In this document: positions 55,673-60,849 of the stretch, in pieces
Numbering within the stretch: position 1 is the stretch's first letter
Layout of the letters: each line of letters starts with the position of its first letter
From: a bacterium
Lineage (GTDB): Bacteria; Patescibacteriota; Patescibacteriia; Patescibacteriales; UBA12465
Length of the DNA stretch: 60,849 bases
Reading direction: 5' to 3'
Assembly (NCBI GenBank): GCA_035388665.1
Contig: DAOOQF010000001.1
Coordinates: 1-60,849 of the forward strand
Notes under the pieces: model-generated
The model's database searches: none
Told to the model about the DNA's origin: nothing
What the model saw: the letters and a program-made list of their open reading frames with translations, nothing else
Program-made: the position numbers and the translations under genes

Positions 55673-58426
55673 ATGAAAGAAAAAATTATAATAATCGATG
55701 GCAACGCCTTAATTCATAGAAGTTTTCACGCTTTGCCAACAACCCTTCAGACTAAGGATGGAAAAATCACCAATGCCGCTTATGGCTTTGCTTCTTTTTT
55801 AATTAAAGCCTTGTCGGAGCTAAAACCTACTCATGCCGTTTTGACTCTAGATAAAAAATCGCCAACTTTTAGACATCAACTTTATGATCAATATAAAGCG
55901 ACAAGAGTAAAAGCACCTCAGGAATTATATGATCAAATACCCATGGTTAGGGATATTGCTCGAGCCTTTTCTTTACCAATCTTTGAATTAGACGGTTTTG
56001 AGGCTGATGACTTAATAGGGACTATCGCTAAAAATATAAATGAACAAAATCCCAAGACTGAGGTTATAATAATTACTGGAGATGCCGACACCCTTCAATT
56101 AGTGAATAAGCAAACCAAAGTCTATAGTATGAGCCGAGGCCTAGCTGACTCAATTTTATACGATGAAGATAAAATAATAGAGAAATACGGAATTAAAGCT
56201 AATCAATTAATTGATTTTAAGGCTCTCAAGGGAGACCCTAGCGACAATATCCCGGGAGTGGCGGGAATAGGAGAAAAAACAGCCGTTGATTTATTACAAA
56301 ATTTTTCTACTCTAGACAATATTTATCTAAACTTAGAAAGTGAAAAGATAAAAGGAAGAACTAAGGAGCTATTATCGAAAAACAAAGATATGGCTTATCT
56401 AAGTCGAGATTTAGGAACCATTAATCTTTCGGCCCCAATTATTTTTAAATTAGAAGAAGCTCAAATTAACCAATTTGATAAGACTCTGATTAATGATACC
56501 TTTGGTCGCCTAGAGTTTAAGTCCCTTCTAACCAGGGTTTTAAATTTAAATTTTATAAAAAATGACCCCGAAAACGATATTGATAAATTCTCCAGAAACA
56601 AAAATAGTTTTGATTACCAATTGATAAATGAAGAAAAAAAATTCCAAAATTTTTTAAAAAAAATAAAGAGACAAACCAGTATCGCCATCGACACCGAAAC
56701 AAATTCTCTTGATTCTTTAAATGCCAAACTTCTAGGAATAAGTTTTTGCTTCAAAGCTAATGAGGCTTATTTTATTGACCTCAGAAATCAGTCTAACCAA
56801 GCCGATCTTTTTAACTCCCAAAAAACCAACAATAATTGGCTAAAGGAAATAAAGATAATAATGGAAGACGAGTCCATAGAGAAAATCGGACACAATATAA
56901 AATATGATTTGCAAGTTTTAGAAAATTATAATATTAATATCAAGGGCAAAATATTTGATACCATGATTGCCTCTTATCTTTTAAATCCAGAAAATAGACA
57001 GCATAATCTTGATTCACTATCTTTTGCCGAATTAAATTGGGAAAAAATAAGCTCCACCGAATTACTAGGAGACAAAAAAAATAAGTTTGAAGATGTTGAG
57101 CCAGAAAAATTATCTTTATATTCGTGCGAAGACGTTGATTGTACTTTTAAACTTAAAGAAATTCTAGAAAAAAAATTAATAAAAAGAAATCTCCTAGAGC
57201 TTTTTAACACTATGGAGATACCTTTAATTATAGTTTTATCAGAAATGGAAAGAAACGGAATAATGCTAGATATTAATTTTCTAAAAGATCTAGGAGACAA
57301 AGTAAATAAAGAAATAGACAAATTAACAAAAAAAATTCACGAACTGGCTAAAGAAAAATTTAATATTAATTCCACCAAACAACTAAAAGAAATTTTGTAT
57401 GAAAAATTAGGCATTAGTCCGGTCGGAATAAAAAAGACCAAAACTGGCTTTTCAACCGCTGGTGATGAGCTGGACAAAATAAAACATCTTCACCCAATAA
57501 TCGAATTAATACAAGAATATCGAGAATTAAAAAAACTTAGTTCTACCTATATAGAGTCTCTGCCTCAATTAATAAGCCCAACTGACGAACGAATTCACAC
57601 TAGCTTTAACCAAACCATAACAGCTACCGGTAGATTATCCTCCTCTGATCCAAATTTACAAAATATTCCAACTAGAACAGAATTAGGAAACAAAATTAGG
57701 CAAGCCTTTACAGCTTCACCAGGAAAAAATCTTTTAAGCTTGGATTATTCTCAAATCGAATTACGAATAATGGCTCACTTATCGGGAGATAAAAATTTGA
57801 TTTCCGCTTTTCAAAATAATTTAGACATTCATAGGGCGACCGCCGCTAATATTAATAAAATAAAATTAGAGGAAGTTTCCTATCAACTCAGGCAACAAGC
57901 CAAGGCGATAAATTTTGGAATTTTGTATGGACAGGGACCTCATGGCCTGAGTCAAAATGCAGGAATCCCCTATCAACAAGCTAGAGAATTTATTAATCAA
58001 TATTTTTTATCATATCCACAAGTTAAAAATTTCATTGACGAAACAATTTCTCTAGCCTCAAAGCAAGGATATACCTCAACAATGTTTGGTAGAATTCGCC
58101 CAATAGCAGAAATAAATTCTAGCGAAATAATGAAAAAAAAGGCGGCAGAAAGGATGGCTATCAATAGTCCTATCCAAGGCAGTGCTGCTGATATAATAAA
58201 AATAGCTATGATAAAAATATCTACTGAAATCAAAAATCAGACCGATATAAAAATGCTTTTACAAGTTCATGATGAATTAATTTTTGAAGTGGAAAATGAC
58301 AGAACTAATTATTATTATCAAAAAATAAAAAAAATAATGGAAAACATTATAAAATTAAAAGTGCCCCTATTAATAGAAGCTCGCTCTGGCAAAAATTGGG
58401 GTGAAATGGAAAATATAAAAAATTAA
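55673..58426 (+). CDS. polA: DNA polymerase I (5'-3' exo, 3'-5' exo-like and polymerase domains)
   Basis: IIIIDGNALIHRSFHAL (5' nuclease), AIDTETNSL (Exo I), motif A LSLDYSQIELRIMAH, motif B RQQAKAINFGILYG, motif C LQVHDELIFE. The ORF track starts at TTG 55637. I prefer ATG 55673. Confidence 0.95.
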   Translation: MKEKIIIIDGNALIHRSFHALPTTLQTKDGKITNAAYGFASFLIKALSELKPTHAVLTLDKKSPTFRHQLYDQYKATRVKAPQELYDQIPMVRDIARAFSLPIFELDGFEADDLIGTIAKNINEQNPKTEVIIITGDADTLQLVNKQTKVYSMSRGLADSILYDEDKIIEKYGIKANQLIDFKALKGDPSDNIPGVAGIGEKTAVDLLQNFSTLDNIYLNLESEKIKGRTKELLSKNKDMAYLSRDLGTINLSAPIIFKLEEAQINQFDKTLINDTFGRLEFKSLLTRVLNLNFIKNDPENDIDKFSRNKNSFDYQLINEEKKFQNFLKKIKRQTSIAIDTETNSLDSLNAKLLGISFCFKANEAYFIDLRNQSNQADLFNSQKTNNNWLKEIKIIMEDESIEKIGHNIKYDLQVLENYNINIKGKIFDTMIASYLLNPENRQHNLDSLSFAELNWEKISSTELLGDKKNKFEDVEPEKLSLYSCEDVDCTFKLKEILEKKLIKRNLLELFNTMEIPLIIVLSEMERNGIMLDINFLKDLGDKVNKEIDKLTKKIHELAKEKFNINSTKQLKEILYEKLGISPVGIKKTKTGFSTAGDELDKIKHLHPIIELIQEYRELKKLSSTYIESLPQLISPTDERIHTSFNQTITATGRLSSSDPNLQNIPTRTELGNKIRQAFTASPGKNLLSLDYSQIELRIMAHLSGDKNLISAFQNNLDIHRATAANINKIKLEEVSYQLRQQAKAINFGILYGQGPHGLSQNAGIPYQQAREFINQYFLSYPQVKNFIDETISLASKQGYTSTMFGRIRPIAEINSSEIMKKKAAERMAINSPIQGSAADIIKIAMIKISTEIKNQTDIKMLLQVHDELIFEVENDRTNYYYQKIKKIMENIIKLKVPLLIEARSGKNWGEMENIKN

Positions 58427-58437
58427 TAATTTTTAAT

Positions 58438-59760
58438 ATGTTAAAAAAAATTAAATCAGAAAAAATTGCTTTATTGGGACTAGGTTTAGAAAACCAAGCT
58501 TTATTGTTGTTTTTAAATAAAAAATATAAAGACCTAGACATAACCATTTGTGACGCTAGATCAGAAAAAGACATCAAAAAAAATTTACCTTTTTTGAAAA
58601 AAATATCTAAATTAAAATGGCAAACTGAAAATAAATTTAATATTGAGTTAGAAAAATTTACTTTATTATTTCGCTCACCTGGTTGGCCCATAAACTGTCC
58701 GGGAATACAAAAAGCTTTAAAAAATGAAGTAAAAATGTCCAGCCCAATGAATGTTTTTTTTGAATTTTGTCCTAGTAAAAACATTATTGGAGTTAGTGGA
58801 ACAAAAGGAAAAGGAACCACAGCCTCCTTAATATACAAAATGATTTTAGATTCTGGAAAAAAATGTTTTCTAGGGGGAAATATTGGAGTAGCCCCTCTAT
58901 CATTTATTCATCAAATCAAAAAAAACGATTGGGTTGTTTTAGAATTATCTAGCTTCCAATTAGAAGATTTAAAACATAGCCCCAAGATAGCAATCTTAAC
59001 TAATATTTTTAAAGAACATCTCTCCCCAGCTGACCCTAATAATCCTAATTTTCACAAGGATATGTATTCATATCTAACTGCTAAATTAAATTTAGTTTTA
59101 TATCAAAATAAAAATAATTATTTTGTAGTTAATCAAAAACTAAAACAAAAAATAAAACCATATCAAATAGAGAGCCAAATAATATATTTTTCACCCTCTA
59201 AAATAAAAAGCAATCTAGTAGGAAATTTTAATCAAGAAAATGTCGGAGCAGCCGAAGAGGTTGCCAAAATACTAAAAATCAAAAAAAATAATTATATCAA
59301 AACTATAAATAATTTTTCCAATCTTAACCACCGATTAGAATTTGTTAGAGAAATAAATGGAATAAAATATTACGATAATAGTTTCTCAACTACACCCGAA
59401 AGCACTGAATTGGACCTAAAATCATTTAAAAAAAATATAATTCTATTGGCCGGTGGAGCTGATAAAGGGGCCAATTTTAAAAACTTAGCCAAAGAAATAA
59501 AAAAAAGAGTAAAAATTGTGGCTCTCTTTAAAGGGCTAGGTAGTCAAAGAATAAAACAAGAATTAATAAAAATAAAATACCCCTCAGAGAGAATATTCGA
59601 GACTCCCACCATGAAAGAGGCTATTGAAAAAACAAATAAATATAAAAAGGGCGGTGACACAGTTTTACTCTCGACTGCTTGTGCCAGCTTTGGATCTTTT
59701 CAAAACTATAAAGAGCGAGGAAATTTATTTCAGAAAGAAGTTAAAAAAATAAAAATATGA
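58438..59760 (+). CDS. murD: UDP-N-acetylmuramoylalanine--D-glutamate ligase MurD
   Basis: IALLGLGLEN Rossmann-like start, P-loop GVSGTKGKGTT, NHRLEFV....GIKYYDNSFSTTPEST, LLAGGADKG. Confidence 0.88.
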   Translation: MLKKIKSEKIALLGLGLENQALLLFLNKKYKDLDITICDARSEKDIKKNLPFLKKISKLKWQTENKFNIELEKFTLLFRSPGWPINCPGIQKALKNEVKMSSPMNVFFEFCPSKNIIGVSGTKGKGTTASLIYKMILDSGKKCFLGGNIGVAPLSFIHQIKKNDWVVLELSSFQLEDLKHSPKIAILTNIFKEHLSPADPNNPNFHKDMYSYLTAKLNLVLYQNKNNYFVVNQKLKQKIKPYQIESQIIYFSPSKIKSNLVGNFNQENVGAAEEVAKILKIKKNNYIKTINNFSNLNHRLEFVREINGIKYYDNSFSTTPESTELDLKSFKKNIILLAGGADKGANFKNLAKEIKKRVKIVALFKGLGSQRIKQELIKIKYPSERIFETPTMKEAIEKTNKYKKGGDTVLLSTACASFGSFQNYKERGNLFQKEVKKIKI

Positions 59761-60776
59761 TAATCTTTTTCTACGGAGAAAATGATTTTAAGATAAATCA
59801 AAAAGTCCAAGAGCTTCAAAATAAATTTATTAAAGAAGTAGATTCTAGCGGAAATAATATTTTTAAATTTGAAGGAGAGAAAATAAAATTAGAAGAAATT
59901 TCTGGTCAAATCGGTAGTGGCTCTCTTTTTTGTAATAAAAAAATGATTATTATTTCTGACCTAATAAAAAATAAACAAAAGAATATTTTAAATAATATCT
60001 CTGAATATATAAGCAAAAATAAAGTTGAAGATTCTAATGATATCTTCATATTTACCGAAAAAAATATTAAAAATAAAGGAGCCAAGGGTCTTTTAAAAAT
60101 AACCGGAGAAAGAGAAAGCCCTTTAAATAAGGAGGAAAAGGATTTTTACAATATTTTAACAAAGCAAAAATTCTCACAAGAATTTAAAACTTTTAATCAA
60201 ACCGAATTGACAGATTTTATTAAAAAAGAATTTAACAATTATGGCTTAAAGATTGACAATAAAGAGACTCAATTACTTTTAGCCCTATCGGGAGATAATA
60301 CCTGGAATATTTATACTGAGATAAAAAAGATAGCTCATTTTAAATTATCACAACAACCAGACAATAAAATTAATTCCCAAGACATTGAAAAAATGGGCTC
60401 AGGTATTTTTACAGAAAACATTTTTAATTTTACCGATGCTATTTCCGCTAAAAATATCAAATCAGCTCTTAAAATATTAGAGGAGCAATATTCGGCTGGA
60501 TCCGAACCAGATTATATTGTTTCTATGTTGCTTAGACAATTTAAAATTTTATTGCAAATTAGAGAATTATTAGATTTGAACTTTAATTCCCAAAGAATAT
60601 TAGCCAATTTAAAACTACATCCATTTGTAATAAATAAAGGAATTAATCAGGCCAAAAATTTTGAAATTAAAAAAATAAAAAAAATTATTAACGAATTAGC
60701 CCGAATTGAAAAAATAAACAGACAAGGCCAAACTAACATAAAGGCTAATATTAACCTTCTAATAAGCAGTCTCTAA
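59757..60776 (+). CDS. holA: DNA polymerase III delta subunit (HolA)
   Basis: 339 aa. N-terminus I.FFYGENDF-type, then SGSLF..KKMIII, and a C-terminal helical domain with LLRQFK.LLQI. Overlaps murD by 4 nt. The call is by pattern and size. Confidence 0.6.
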   Translation: MIIFFYGENDFKINQKVQELQNKFIKEVDSSGNNIFKFEGEKIKLEEISGQIGSGSLFCNKKMIIISDLIKNKQKNILNNISEYISKNKVEDSNDIFIFTEKNIKNKGAKGLLKITGERESPLNKEEKDFYNILTKQKFSQEFKTFNQTELTDFIKKEFNNYGLKIDNKETQLLLALSGDNTWNIYTEIKKIAHFKLSQQPDNKINSQDIEKMGSGIFTENIFNFTDAISAKNIKSALKILEEQYSAGSEPDYIVSMLLRQFKILLQIRELLDLNFNSQRILANLKLHPFVINKGINQAKNFEIKKIKKIINELARIEKINRQGQTNIKANINLLISSL

Positions 60777-60801
60777 AAAATAAAAAATACAGCCCCGTCT
60801 T

Positions 60802-60849
60802 CTAATCAATAGCTTGGAAACACTCAGCTGGGGTTTTAAGTCCCAGGCC
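60802..60849 (-). CDS. 3' end of a minus-strand gene entering from the right edge; the C-terminus resembles DDE transposase/integrase tails
   Basis: The minus strand in frame with the window edge reads ...GLGLKTPAECFQAID*. The 'LG.KTPAE.F' ending is typical of IS30-type and other rve-domain transposases. Only 15 codons are visible. Confidence 0.3.
   Translation of the reverse strand, partial: GLGLKTPAECFQAID

Noticed and set aside
60815-60849. tRNA-like anticodon stem-loop (plus strand TGGGG-TTTTAAG-TCCCA; minus strand TGGGA-CTTAAAA-CCCCA, which would read TTA or TAA)
   Set aside because: No D-arm, T-arm (GTTC-type) or acceptor stem can be built from the flanking sequence on either strand. 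The region reads better as the end of a minus-strand protein-coding gene.
1-60849. Alternative genetic code (UGA recoding, as in some CPR lineages), CRISPR arrays, rRNA genes and prophage or defence islands
   Set aside because: Standard-code ORFs tile the window almost without gaps, and conserved proteins are full length, so no recoding is needed. I saw no regularly spaced direct repeats, no rRNA-like conserved stretches, and no nuclease, methylase or abortive-infection motifs.

Overview
The window is visibly AT-rich and almost fully coding, with short or overlapping gene junctions. It reads like a reduced-genome bacterium, most plausibly Patescibacteria/CPR. That placement is an inference from small, domain-truncated housekeeping enzymes, many prepilin-like genes and a patchy metabolism. 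The standard genetic code fits, because long ORFs tile the sequence without in-frame stops.

Housekeeping genes recognised by motif:
- Cell shape and wall: mreBCD, murA, murD and a class B PBP.
- Replication and repair: ruvA, rarA, dnaB, recR, polA and holA.
- Translation: proS, gatB, rplU, and tRNA-Lys(UUU) plus tRNA-Thr(UGU).
- Other: pyk, htpX/lemA, a P-type ATPase and a MacAB-like exporter.

Accessory regions worth a second look:
1. A type IV pilus-like operon at 47574-55539 (receiver, PilB, PilC and six prepilin-like genes). It includes an 826-aa pseudopilin carrying DUF2341-like, LamG-like and two tandem CBM2-like modules, a candidate tip adhesin.
2. Two tandem genes at 35711-37833 that fuse a prepilin N-terminus to a FISUMP-type domain.
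3. A tight four-gene pyrimidine-nucleotide operon at 31308-34089: an internally duplicated ThyX-like protein, a dNMP-kinase-like P-loop protein, a MazG-like pyrophosphatase and a divergent Tmk.
4. A single-polypeptide MiaB-MiaA fusion at 37837-40062.
5. A surface-glycan cluster at 24683-31189.
6. A 985-aa orphan membrane protein with a small acidic partner at 41952-45249.

I saw no CRISPR array, rRNA or clear defence system. The only mobile-element hint is a 15-codon transposase-like C-terminus at the right edge. All family calls come from motif recognition by eye. No database search was run.
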